A stretch of 64,000 bases of DNA from Sedimentisphaerales bacterium (GTDB lineage: Bacteria; Planctomycetota; Phycisphaerae; Sedimentisphaerales; SM23-30), in the NCBI GenBank assembly GCA_963666285.1, contig OY762711.1. One strand, written 5' to 3'. Below, one piece after another: positions 41,847 through 51,351 of the stretch. Position numbers and translations under genes: made by a program. Position 1 is the stretch's first letter, and each line of letters begins with the position of its first letter. The notes under the pieces were generated by a model that was not told where the DNA came from, did not search any database, and was given only the letters and a program-made list of their open reading frames with translations.

Positions 41847-43115
41847 ATGGCTAATAAATTTTCAAGAAATATTACACTCGGAATAGAAAACCTGCTCTTA
41901 CATAAGCTGCGTTCACTGCTAACAATGCTTGGTATTGTGTTTGGTGTTGGTAGTGTCGTTGCCATGCTTAGCGTCGGGGAAGGTGCTGGTAAAGCAGCTC
42001 TGGAACAGATTCGCAAGCTCGGCAGCAACAATATTATAATCGACTCACAAAAAGCCCTGGAGACTCTTCAGGACTCACAGGGCAACTCTGCCAGAATGGC
42101 TGTTTATGGATTGCTCTGGGACGATTATGAAAGAATGAAAGATACTTTCGGTAATATCAAGAGAGTGGTTCCTGCTAAACTGATCCGCAAAAGTGCCAGG
42201 TTTTATGACAGATCTATCGAACTGCGTATTGTTGGTACCTCGCCTGAATGGTTTGACCTGGTTCCAAGGGAGCTGCTTGCTGGGCGTACTATCGAACAGT
42301 ATGACATCGACAATAAGGCACCGGTTGCTGTTCTCACCGAACATGGTGCCAGGAAAATCCTGGCCGCTAACAATACCGTCGGTCAGGGTATATCTCTTGG
42401 CGGATCTGCCTTTGATATTATCGGTATTATACACAGTGAAAGCGGACAGGCCGGCAATATCCAGATACCTGACACAGAAGTCGATGTTTATGTCCCAATA
42501 AATGTTGCACGTGAACGATTTGGCGACACAGCTATACGTAGAACCGCCGGTAGCAGAATTATGGAAAAAGTCGAGATCCATCAGATTATTGTAGAGGTTG
42601 ATGACTTGACCAATGTCGAATCAGTTGCTAGCGGAATCCAATATATGCTCGATAAATTCCATGACAAAAAAGATTATTCCATGCAGGTACCTCTCGCACT
42701 GAAAAAACAGGCTGAAGCCAGCAAACGCACTTCTAATATCGTGCTCGGTTCTATCGCATGTATCAGCCTGCTGGTCGGCGGTATCGGAATTATGAATATC
42801 ATGCTCGCTAATGTTACCGAACGTACCAGGGAAATCGGTATACGCAGGGCCATCGGTGCCAAGCGTAACCAGATCGTTATCCAGTTCCTCATCGAAACCG
42901 TTGTACTCAGTACCATAGGCGGACTTATTGGTGTGCTGGTTGGTGTTTCAATTCCTATTATTATTGAACTGATGTCAGGCATGCCAACCGTCGTCACTAT
43001 GTGGGGCGTGATGCTGCCGCTGCTTATCAGTGTAGGAATCGGTATTATATTCGGCATCTACCCTGCCGTCCAGGCCGCCAAGGTTGACCCGATCATAGCA
43101 CTAAGACACGAATAA
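41847..43115 (+). CDS. MacB-type ABC transporter permease
   Basis: RSLLTMLGIVFGV, VGGIGIMNIMLANVTERTREIGIRRAIGA, PAVQAAKVDPIIALRHE. Confidence 0.95.
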   Translation: MANKFSRNITLGIENLLLHKLRSLLTMLGIVFGVGSVVAMLSVGEGAGKAALEQIRKLGSNNIIIDSQKALETLQDSQGNSARMAVYGLLWDDYERMKDTFGNIKRVVPAKLIRKSARFYDRSIELRIVGTSPEWFDLVPRELLAGRTIEQYDIDNKAPVAVLTEHGARKILAANNTVGQGISLGGSAFDIIGIIHSESGQAGNIQIPDTEVDVYVPINVARERFGDTAIRRTAGSRIMEKVEIHQIIVEVDDLTNVESVASGIQYMLDKFHDKKDYSMQVPLALKKQAEASKRTSNIVLGSIACISLLVGGIGIMNIMLANVTERTREIGIRRAIGAKRNQIVIQFLIETVVLSTIGGLIGVLVGVSIPIIIELMSGMPTVVTMWGVMLPLLISVGIGIIFGIYPAVQAAKVDPIIALRHE

Positions 43116-43148
43116 ACTCAAACATCAATAAAATAAAAACCGACAGGA

Positions 43149-43670
43149 TTATTTCAAACCGATTTTTAGCCCAAATTCTGACTTTATCCTTAGCATTGCC
43201 TCGGCATTACCCGTGGCATCATCTACCGGGTTATGCGTATGCTTTGTCACTCGCAGATGCTTGAAATTCTTACTGAAATCCTTAACAATACCCTTATAAA
43301 GCGATCCCAGGTTTACCGAGCTGAAACCAAATGGATTTTCACCGCAGAAATGATGAAAATACCAGTTTATAAACTGCCAGTCAAAACCATTATTATCTGA
43401 CACAAATATCGGACGACCACTGCTGACACTTTTCACCCAATCACTAAAATCTGACATTACCTGCTTAGGGTCATCAAACTCAAGCGTCTCCTCACGAGAA
43501 AAACCACTCACTTGCAAGGCTTCTGGTATCCATTCTTCCGATATAGGCTTCAAATTGCCATAATATGTTTCTTCAAGCCCCGGCTTCACCAGTACCGCAC
43601 CAAAACATACCATCGAATAATCACCCGGTATTGGACCATCTGCCTCAATATCAACCATTATAAAACTCAT
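43149..43670 (-). CDS. DEDDh 3'-5' exonuclease family protein
   Basis: VDIEADGP (ExoI), NGFDWQF (ExoII), HTHNPVDDA (ExoIII). Confidence 0.85.
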   Translation of the reverse strand: MSFIMVDIEADGPIPGDYSMVCFGAVLVKPGLEETYYGNLKPISEEWIPEALQVSGFSREETLEFDDPKQVMSDFSDWVKSVSSGRPIFVSDNNGFDWQFINWYFHHFCGENPFGFSSVNLGSLYKGIVKDFSKNFKHLRVTKHTHNPVDDATGNAEAMLRIKSEFGLKIGLK

Positions 43671-43694
43671 TTTACCTCTTTTCTAACTGCATGA

Positions 43695-44414
43695 TCAGGC
43701 AGCTTCACCGGGCATCTTTATCATGCCCTTTCTATGCTGAACCTCTATCGACTTATTTGCCCAGAGGTGCCTCCTCACAAAAAATCGCCAGACTCCCATA
43801 CAAAACCACAACGGAAAACTTAACAGATAGTCCGCCTGCTTTTTGATCGCATCCTGAACACTATTCATAAATTCATATTCTTTTGAACTCAATGCCAGGT
43901 TGCCGTTAAACATAATATAACTCTCTGCTTCCCTGTGTTTTGCCCATTGCTCATTAATGTCAATTTTAGCAAAACTTTGCATATAAGATTTCGGCGGCTG
44001 CGGATGCAAATGACCATCCTTTGTACTGCCTGTTGTTAGTGCATAATCTCCGCCAAAATAAGTAACAAAATCACAAGAACAATTTACCGTTTTGCCGGCC
44101 TCAACCATATAATAACACATAAACATTGGCCTGCTTTTATGCTTCCATCCTGCAATTTCTGCCGATGTAGAGCATATTTGCATTCTATAACTTCCCTGAT
44201 ACTCAAAATCATTCTTCTCTGCAAATATCAAAAAGTCATCCGGAACTTCAAAATCACCCATCGGCTCAATCCTGGCACTTTTGAGAGCATAAGTATAAAT
44301 ACAGTACATAACACTTACTCCCCCAATAGCAAATACAGCTCCTACAGATACAACTGCAAACACTACATCCCTCAACTCAAATAACAATGGAATAATCTTA
44401 TCAAACATAGACAC
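43695..44414 (-). CDS. Hypothetical membrane protein
   Basis: 239-aa ORF with GTG start after AGGA, N-terminal hydrophobic helix, in line with flanking minus-strand genes. Confidence 0.6.
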   Translation of the reverse strand: MSMFDKIIPLLFELRDVVFAVVSVGAVFAIGGVSVMYCIYTYALKSARIEPMGDFEVPDDFLIFAEKNDFEYQGSYRMQICSTSAEIAGWKHKSRPMFMCYYMVEAGKTVNCSCDFVTYFGGDYALTTGSTKDGHLHPQPPKSYMQSFAKIDINEQWAKHREAESYIMFNGNLALSSKEYEFMNSVQDAIKKQADYLLSFPLWFCMGVWRFFVRRHLWANKSIEVQHRKGMIKMPGEAA

Positions 44415-44502
44415 TCCTTATCAATAACACACAAATCATACTCAATCATATCAATTTCAATTTACATTCCACATCTGATATAAACTGTTTAATGCCGAAT
44501 AT

Positions 44503-44593
44503 TTTAATCAAACGTGAGACGACCTGTCCGGAGCTGGTCGAAGGATAGTCGAACACCTGAATGTTTAATTATTCATTATTCACTTAATTGACC
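44503..44593 (-). repeat. Partial family-1 repeat (copy D) carrying a ~22-nt REP-like insert at 44523-44544
   Basis: Reverse complement ...AATTAAGTGAA...GGTGTTCGACTAT[CCTTCGACCAGCTCCGGACAGG]TCGTCTCACG versus copy A GGTGTTCGGCTATCGTCTCACG. Confidence 0.75.
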
Positions 44594-45814
44594 TTATTTC
44601 TCCGGCCCTAATATCGTCGTTGTCACAACCTCCATAGGAAACTGCTCAATCGTCTCATTAATCTGTTCAAGTGTAACTGCATTCACCAAATCCAGCTCCT
44701 CTTTCACTGTCATATATTCCTGCCGATACATCCAACCCATACCTAGCGGCACCAGGCGCCCCATCGGCACCTCGCTGGTTATTATACGCGCTGAACCGAT
44801 CTTGTTCTTGCCAGTCTGCAGCTCATCGTCAGTTATCCCGTTTGCCCGGATATCCGACAAAACATCTTTGACTATTGCCAGCACCTGCTCGGTCTTATCC
44901 GGATCACATGAGATATAGCTGTAATACAATCCGGTACCGTCCAGTGACTCAAAATCAAATGAAGCATAATCTGCCAGCGCTTTATCTACCAGTGCCCAGT
45001 GCAGACGCGAATTGCCTTCATCTCCAATTACACCACCCAATATCCCGGCCGCATAACGCTTCATATTCTGGGCCGATGGCCCCTGCAGCATCAGGCATAT
45101 ATGATCACGCTGGACATTCGGCGAACTGTAACGCTCCTGCGTACCGGTACCAACGAAATCTGACAGCTTACGCGTCGGCTTATGCGGCTGCCAGTGTCCG
45201 CAAAGCTCGTTCGCCTGACTCTTCAGCAGCTCTAGGTCAACCTTGCCGCTGCATGCCAGGATTATATTATCAGGACTGTATCTGCTGGCAAAATATTCAC
45301 GCATCTGGCTGCTTGCCAATGCGATAATTGATTCATCACTGCCCAATACACTATTACCGCTCGGGTATCCCTTATAGTGCTGACTCCGGCATTTATCTAT
45401 TACATCAAAATGCGGCAGATCCTTATACATCGCGATTTCTTCCAGGATTACTCCCTTTTCGATATCAAAATCTTCCTGCTTCAAACCAGGCCTCATCAGA
45501 TCTGACCACAAATCCATCACCTGCCCCTGGTATTCCGGCAAAACACACGCGTAATATACCGTATTCTCCTCGGAGGTAAATGCATTATACTTGGCACCCA
45601 TCTGGTCAAATTCGAGATTAACATCCATCGCCGAACGCTTATCTGTCCCCTTAAACAGCATATGCTCCAGGAAATGACTTACACCCGCTATTTCCGGGCT
45701 CTCATCCCTGCTGCCTGTTCGCACAAAAAAGCCTAATGCTGTCGATAAGGCACTATCGTTGATCTCTGCCAGTACCGTTAAACCATTGTCCAGTTGTATA
45801 TGTTCAAATCGCAT
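44594..45814 (-). CDS. M16 family zinc peptidase
   Basis: GSRDE, GVSHFLEHMLFKGT (inverted HxxEH), NAFTS, EKGVILEEI. Confidence 0.92.
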   Translation of the reverse strand: MRFEHIQLDNGLTVLAEINDSALSTALGFFVRTGSRDESPEIAGVSHFLEHMLFKGTDKRSAMDVNLEFDQMGAKYNAFTSEENTVYYACVLPEYQGQVMDLWSDLMRPGLKQEDFDIEKGVILEEIAMYKDLPHFDVIDKCRSQHYKGYPSGNSVLGSDESIIALASSQMREYFASRYSPDNIILACSGKVDLELLKSQANELCGHWQPHKPTRKLSDFVGTGTQERYSSPNVQRDHICLMLQGPSAQNMKRYAAGILGGVIGDEGNSRLHWALVDKALADYASFDFESLDGTGLYYSYISCDPDKTEQVLAIVKDVLSDIRANGITDDELQTGKNKIGSARIITSEVPMGRLVPLGMGWMYRQEYMTVKEELDLVNAVTLEQINETIEQFPMEVVTTTILGPEK

Positions 45815-45955
45815 AAATCTTCCTTTATTTCTCTATAAACTCTATTGATTATAGCGTAAACATTCCGACAGGTAAACAGATAATAAACACCTGATATCTT
45901 TTAAGGACACCTCTGTTATGAGGTCTTCCTTAAGGATGCCTCTATAAATTACTTT

Positions 45956-46134
45956 TTAGAGCACTTTAATATTTTCTGTTCCGATTTATACCTCTGTGAG
46001 GATGAGGCTGACAAAGAAGAAAACACAGTAATATTCATATATTGCGAGTATTTCTGATGTAGTCAGCCGAAACCGCAACAGGCAAAAAGAGAACACGCCA
46101 CAAAGTGATGCGAAGCATAAAAATTAAGCTCTAA
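45956..46134. mobile_element. MITE-like element, family 2; its end overlaps the GH3 stop codon
   Basis: Terminal inverted repeats TTAGAGC(ACT)TTAAT...ATTAAGCTCTAA; core matches 37447-37608. Confidence 0.8.
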
Positions 46135-48881
46135 TTTACTACTGAACAGATTGCTTTCTGACGGATATTGTCAGAAGATGAGCCAACCTGGACCTCGAAC
46201 CTGCCGGTTGGGACAACATATTTACCGGCATCGGTATCCCAATATCGCAGAGAGGAAGCAGACAGTTCGAACTCAACTGTTTCTGATTTTCCAGAAGCAA
46301 TAGCAACTCGTTTGAAACCGGCGAGGCTATGGATCGGCTGAGGTACGGGTGAGTCTATATGACGGAGATATAGCTGGACGACCTCTTCGCCGTCAACTTT
46401 GCCGGTATTTTTGACATCTACACTAACCTTAATACTGCCGTCAGTTTTGACAATCTTATCAGACAATTCAATCTCGCTGTAATCGAAAGTTGTATAGCTT
46501 AAGCCATAACCAAAGGCATATAGCGGCTTACCTTTGAAATATCGATAGGTACGGTTGGCCATGGAATAATCAGTGAAATCAGGCAGGTCTTTCGTGCTGC
46601 GATAGAAAGTAACAGGCAGACGACCGGCCGGGTTATAATTGCCAAACAGAACATCGGCAACAGCGACACCGCCGTTCTGACCGGGATACCATGCCTGCAG
46701 GATAGCTGACAGGTTTTCAGCTTCCCAAGGGATCGCAATACTACTGCCGGTAAGATTAACAAAGATAACAGGGGTACCGGTTGCGACAAGTTCCCTGAGA
46801 AGGTCGCTTTGGGGCTTTGGCAGTTCGATAATCGTGCGGTCACCCTTATCAAAACCAACGATAGGTTTACGATGGTTCATCTCCTCACCTTCGAGATTGG
46901 CGTTCAAACCACCAACAAAAACAGTAAAATCTGCATTTTTGGCAAGCTCAATAGCCTTCTGAGCTTCATCACTATCCATTGAATAAGGTTCGTCCTGATA
47001 CATCGAGATTGGACAGCCCCTGGTATAGTCAATGATAATATCGTCACCCGCTTCACGACGAATACCTTCCAGAACACTTATCGGGTTGGCAGCATCACCG
47101 TTATAATTAGCATGCAGAACTTTAACTTCAGCTGCGTTCGGGCCAATAACAGCGATACGCCTGAGATGCTTTTTGTTAAACGGAAGCACATCATCATTTT
47201 TCAGCAGTACCATAGATTTCCTGGCAGCTTCAAGTGAAAGCCGGCTGTGCTGAGTGGTATCATTCTGAGAGCCAGGTATTTTCAGATAAGGGCACTCTTT
47301 GGGTGTGTCGAAGAGTCCGAGCTTGAAACGGGCAGTAAGTACGCGGGTAAGAGCACGGTCAAGGTCAGCTTCTGTTAAGAGGCCATCCAGGACAGCATCA
47401 GTTAAGGCAGCATAGGTACCGCCGCAATTCAGGTCGTTACCGGCCAAAATAGAGACAGCAGAAGCCTCTTCGGGTGTACCAACATATTTATGATATCTCC
47501 ATATATCACTAACAGCGCCGCAGTCAGAGACAACATGCCCATCAAAACCCCAAGTATTACGCAGGATATCAGTAAGGAGCATCTTATTGGCAGGACCGGG
47601 CACGCCATAAACAGAATTGTAGACAGACATAATATTGCCGACATTACCTTCCCTCACCGCCATTTCAAACTGTGGCAGGTAAGTTTCAAATAGATCGCGT
47701 TTTGAAACAACCGCATCAAAGGAATGTCGTAGTTTTTCCGGCCCGCTGTGAACGGCAAAATGCTTGGCACAGGCAATTGCCTTGTAATATTCAGGGTCAT
47801 CACCCTGCAGCCCGGTAATAAAGGCAACTGCAAGCTTGCCGGTCAGGTACGGGTCTTCACCATAGGTTTCATGGCCGCGTCCCCAGCGAGGGTCACGAAA
47901 GATATTTATATTCGGGGTCCAGAAGGTAAGCCCGAAGTAACGGGCAGTATTGGGATTCTTTGCCCTGGCTTCATTATTCTTTGCCCTGCCCTCAGTTGAT
48001 ATGACATCAGCAACCTGGTTGAGCATATCGGTATCCCACATAGCCGCCATGCCAATAGCCTGCGGGAAAACAGTTGCCCTACCGGCGCGAGCAACACCAT
48101 GGAGACATTCGTTCCAGTAATCATAGGCCGGCACCCCTAACCTGGAGATTTCATCAGCACTATTAACCAGCTGGCCAACTTTTTCCCGGAGTGACATACG
48201 ACGGATAAGGTCAGCCACCCTCTGATGTATCGGGAAACCGGTATCGGTATAGATAACAGGTTCATCAACCACCGGGATAACCAGCGCCCGCGGATCAACC
48301 ATATCATCAAGATCTTTTGCGTCAACACAAGCCACAGCATAACCATTGGCATCTAAAACAGCAACCGCATTAAATTTGGCATTATTAACTTTTGTCTCAA
48401 AACGAATAGCCAGCGGCCCGTTGATGCTATCTTCCTTATGATACATTTTGGCTTCGAGTTTAATTTCCTTATAGGCCCCTGCCTTGCCGAAGATGTCGAG
48501 GTCCTCTACGATCGGTTCGCTGCCATTATATATGCTAAATACCCGTGCATTCGATCTGTCGTGATAAGTCTCGGCAAGATAGATTTCGAAGGTATATTCC
48601 CCTTCCGGAAGGCCGTCAACCTGAACAATGAATGCCTTGCCATATATTTCCTCATCGTACATGTCCTGGCGGGTTGCTCCAGCTACTTCACACTGATAAC
48701 GACGTTTGGAATGATTTATTTGACCACGCACAATGATGGGCTTACCACATTCTGACATGCCTATTTGGTCGGCACGTAAATCTGATTCAAACAGAAAAGC
48801 AATTAGTAATGCAACAAAAGCAAAGAATATGACTGCACTAACAGGAATATAACGCTTAGAAAACTTCGAAATATTAACCAT
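46131..48881 (-). CDS. GH3 beta-xylosidase/beta-glucosidase with N-terminal malectin-like domain and C-terminal FN3-like domain
   Basis: Malectin-like (YLAETY..RVFSI..DLDI); WTPNINIFRDPRWGRGHETYGEDP, KHFAVH, VSDC nucleophile, EGEE, PAGRLPVTFY. Confidence 0.92.
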   Translation of the reverse strand: MVNISKFSKRYIPVSAVIFFAFVALLIAFLFESDLRADQIGMSECGKPIIVRGQINHSKRRYQCEVAGATRQDMYDEEIYGKAFIVQVDGLPEGEYTFEIYLAETYHDRSNARVFSIYNGSEPIVEDLDIFGKAGAYKEIKLEAKMYHKEDSINGPLAIRFETKVNNAKFNAVAVLDANGYAVACVDAKDLDDMVDPRALVIPVVDEPVIYTDTGFPIHQRVADLIRRMSLREKVGQLVNSADEISRLGVPAYDYWNECLHGVARAGRATVFPQAIGMAAMWDTDMLNQVADVISTEGRAKNNEARAKNPNTARYFGLTFWTPNINIFRDPRWGRGHETYGEDPYLTGKLAVAFITGLQGDDPEYYKAIACAKHFAVHSGPEKLRHSFDAVVSKRDLFETYLPQFEMAVREGNVGNIMSVYNSVYGVPGPANKMLLTDILRNTWGFDGHVVSDCGAVSDIWRYHKYVGTPEEASAVSILAGNDLNCGGTYAALTDAVLDGLLTEADLDRALTRVLTARFKLGLFDTPKECPYLKIPGSQNDTTQHSRLSLEAARKSMVLLKNDDVLPFNKKHLRRIAVIGPNAAEVKVLHANYNGDAANPISVLEGIRREAGDDIIIDYTRGCPISMYQDEPYSMDSDEAQKAIELAKNADFTVFVGGLNANLEGEEMNHRKPIVGFDKGDRTIIELPKPQSDLLRELVATGTPVIFVNLTGSSIAIPWEAENLSAILQAWYPGQNGGVAVADVLFGNYNPAGRLPVTFYRSTKDLPDFTDYSMANRTYRYFKGKPLYAFGYGLSYTTFDYSEIELSDKIVKTDGSIKVSVDVKNTGKVDGEEVVQLYLRHIDSPVPQPIHSLAGFKRVAIASGKSETVEFELSASSLRYWDTDAGKYVVPTGRFEVQVGSSSDNIRQKAICSVVN

Positions 48882-49095
48882 TGTAGAACCTCATAAAATA
48901 ATAGAATTATAATTATTGAAATTTTTGGGGTATTTTATGCGCATTTTGGTTGTTTTTTAGCCTGCGATAAATGATACTATATCCAAACCAATGAGGCATG
49001 TCAACTATTCTTTGACACCATCAATAGCAGAAAATATAAATGCCATAAGGCTATGAAAAAATAAATCCAAATTTAATGGTTCTACAGTGCCTATA

Positions 49096-49302
49096 TTAGT
49101 GCGGTTTATGCTTCGCATCATATGTATAACGCACTTTTGACTGTTCGATATTATACGCAAAGGTCGAAACAGTGCCTTGTAAATGAAAAACTTCACATTT
49201 TATTGTGTTTTCGAGCTATTTCTCGAAAGTGTATTTAATTGAAAGCGTTGTAGGAAGGCCCTATTAGGTGATTGCAACATAAAAACTGCGAAAGTAAACT
49301 AA
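49096..49302 (+). repeat. Dispersed repeat family 1, copy E
   Basis: AGTGCGGTTTATGCTTCGCATCA...ATTATACGCAAAGG...AAAAACTGCGAAAG aligns with 9298-9491. Confidence 0.88.
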
Positions 49303-49309
49303 TTCTTAA

Positions 49310-49790
49310 ACTTTTTAACAGTTCTTCCGGACCATCTTCTCTCAACATATGGCAATATTTGCTTCACCATTTACCTTGCTTCGCTAGATCATTATATGTT
49401 TTATTAGCACATTCCGATATGTACTGGCAGGCATGAAAGTAATCTATTATCAAGGTCGCTGTTGGCAGATTCTTGCTTATATGATTATAAAATCCTTGAG
49501 CTCCATCCATTAAAAATACTACCTCTTCTGCCTTGGATGCATTCAAAGATACTGCTTCACGTTTTGAACCATATTGCCAAAGCGACCGATACGGCACAAC
49601 AACGCTCTATAGATTCCTGCTGGACTGCATTTATCAGCTTTTGAAACTCAGACGCAAACATATCTGACATGTTAAGCAATTGATCCGGCGAAATACTGGA
49701 AAGTTTTGCTTGTTGTTGTTCACATAATAACTTAAACTTATTTGAAGATTCAATTATTCAATTACTTTTCACAATATACTCCTATAAATA
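49310..49790 (-). pseudogene. Degraded transposase remnant, ISKra4/UPF0236-like
   Basis: VVFLMDGA..FYN and LIIDYFHACQYI motifs; in-frame stop (KW*SKYCHMLREDG); N-terminal part in another frame. Confidence 0.65.
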
Positions 49791-49963
49791 CTGATAAGAT
49801 ACTTATTTTGATCCAGCGTGCCAGATACACATCCAATATGTTTATGGCGGCCAACTGCTCTAGCATTACCCAGGCCTGAACAATTTAAACTGAAAATGGG
49901 ATAGGAATGCCCTACCCCAAGAGAACCGAAGTATTAGAATGAAAAAGGCGTGTTTTATTATAT

Positions 49964-51328
49964 TTATTCTTCCGGTTTTTCCGGTAATTTACTAAGCCTT
50001 CTTTCCCGGTTATCATTTTCGAGAACTTTCTGGAACCCGTCCTTTGACATATATTCAGAATGGCCATCCATAAAACCAACAACATAATACGTATTACAAT
50101 TACTTTCAAATCGTTCATAGACACAAATCATTTCAGATCTGGCTTTGTCATTCAGGTCTTTTCCCCTGAAAATATAGCCGGTACCAATATTTTTTAAGGG
50201 GCTGATCAAGCCTTTGGCAGGATAATCAGCTGTGGTAATCAATTCTTCCAAAGACTCAGGCATTTTTCCTTTATGATCATTCATGTGGATACAACAAGCA
50301 GTAGCAATCCCTTTAACATTCAGCATGCTTATTTGAATATCAGCCTGGTGTTTGGCACTACTATAACAATCCATCATAAAAGGAGCGAGGATTTCCCTGA
50401 TCTGAATATTGTTTATGGAGCCTACCAGCCTGCTCCCGGAGCATTCAGGTTTAATGTTCTTTAGCATAGAGTTGATATCAGGATATTTTTCCTTGATCCA
50501 TGGCTCTTCTTTTAACGCGTAGTTTTGTAATAATTCAACCAAAACAATAGCCCGCTGAGCAGCTTCAACACTTTGAGATTGTGCCGTATAGGAAAGATTC
50601 AGTTTCTTGTTCAGATTCAGGCCAAGAGCTGCCCACTGAACCGACCTAGTAAAATCAGCCCCGGTAGCAATATCGTCAGCTTCCCGAAAAGGATAAAAAG
50701 TTTCCTCGATAACACGTTTAAGACTGACAGAAGGTGTAAATAATAACCTGACACCATATTCCTTAACAGTCTCTTCTGCATTTGACACGTCCTGCCGAAC
50801 ACCATCCGTTTTACCTTTGAGTCTCTCAATCGTATCAGATCTTCCAATAAGCAGGGTATCATCAATATCAACCATAGTATCAAGACTAATAAATGGAACA
50901 TTCTTCAATTCGGTAAGATTCAGCATCTGGACAAGTCCTTTTAATGAAGGACAGTCTTTGCCTGGTTCATGAGGAACAACCAGGTAAAATGCAGGTAAAT
51001 CATGCATACTCATAACAAAATTAACATTCTTAATCCCGTCATTTTTGAACTGGGCGAGATAGCCATCGACAACAATCTTAAACGAGTTGATTTTAGCAAT
51101 AGCCTGATCTGCATCTGCCTGATCAAGATACTCTGCTATATAGTACATGAATTCATCAGTTACAGCCTGGGTATCTACACTATTAAGGTCTACACTTAGT
51201 ATTGCTGCCGTTTCATCTTCGAGCCATGGTTCTAATTGCTCATAGCCTGTTGCAGCAGCTAATGAGTTGCAAAGAAAAACTGAAATCATGGCCAAAATTA
51301 CGACATATGCGTTAAATGTTTTATACAT
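49964..51328 (-). CDS. Secreted protein with C-terminal DUF1559/H-X9-DG-like (pilin-related) segment
   Basis: Signal peptide; SMLNVKGIATACCIHMNDHKGKMP and VVGFMDGHSE resemble the planctomycete DUF1559 N- and C-motifs. Confidence 0.6.
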   Translation of the reverse strand: MYKTFNAYVVILAMISVFLCNSLAAATGYEQLEPWLEDETAAILSVDLNSVDTQAVTDEFMYYIAEYLDQADADQAIAKINSFKIVVDGYLAQFKNDGIKNVNFVMSMHDLPAFYLVVPHEPGKDCPSLKGLVQMLNLTELKNVPFISLDTMVDIDDTLLIGRSDTIERLKGKTDGVRQDVSNAEETVKEYGVRLLFTPSVSLKRVIEETFYPFREADDIATGADFTRSVQWAALGLNLNKKLNLSYTAQSQSVEAAQRAIVLVELLQNYALKEEPWIKEKYPDINSMLKNIKPECSGSRLVGSINNIQIREILAPFMMDCYSSAKHQADIQISMLNVKGIATACCIHMNDHKGKMPESLEELITTADYPAKGLISPLKNIGTGYIFRGKDLNDKARSEMICVYERFESNCNTYYVVGFMDGHSEYMSKDGFQKVLENDNRERRLSKLPEKPEE

Positions 51329-51351
51329 TTCTATTACTCCTTATAAAAAGT

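Noticed and set aside
43683..43697. TGA followed by TCA TGC AGT TAG (possible U-S-C-S tail)
   Set aside because: No SECIS-like stem follows and the extension is only three codons; chance is sufficient.
9298..49302. Repeats considered as a CRISPR array or integron attC sites
   Set aside because: Copies are kilobases apart and in both orientations, flank housekeeping genes, and show no repeat-spacer periodicity; no cas or intI gene is in the window.
49364..49366. In-frame TGA in the transposase fragment as possible Sec
   Set aside because: It lies in a frameshifted IS remnant with no SECIS; it is a nonsense mutation.
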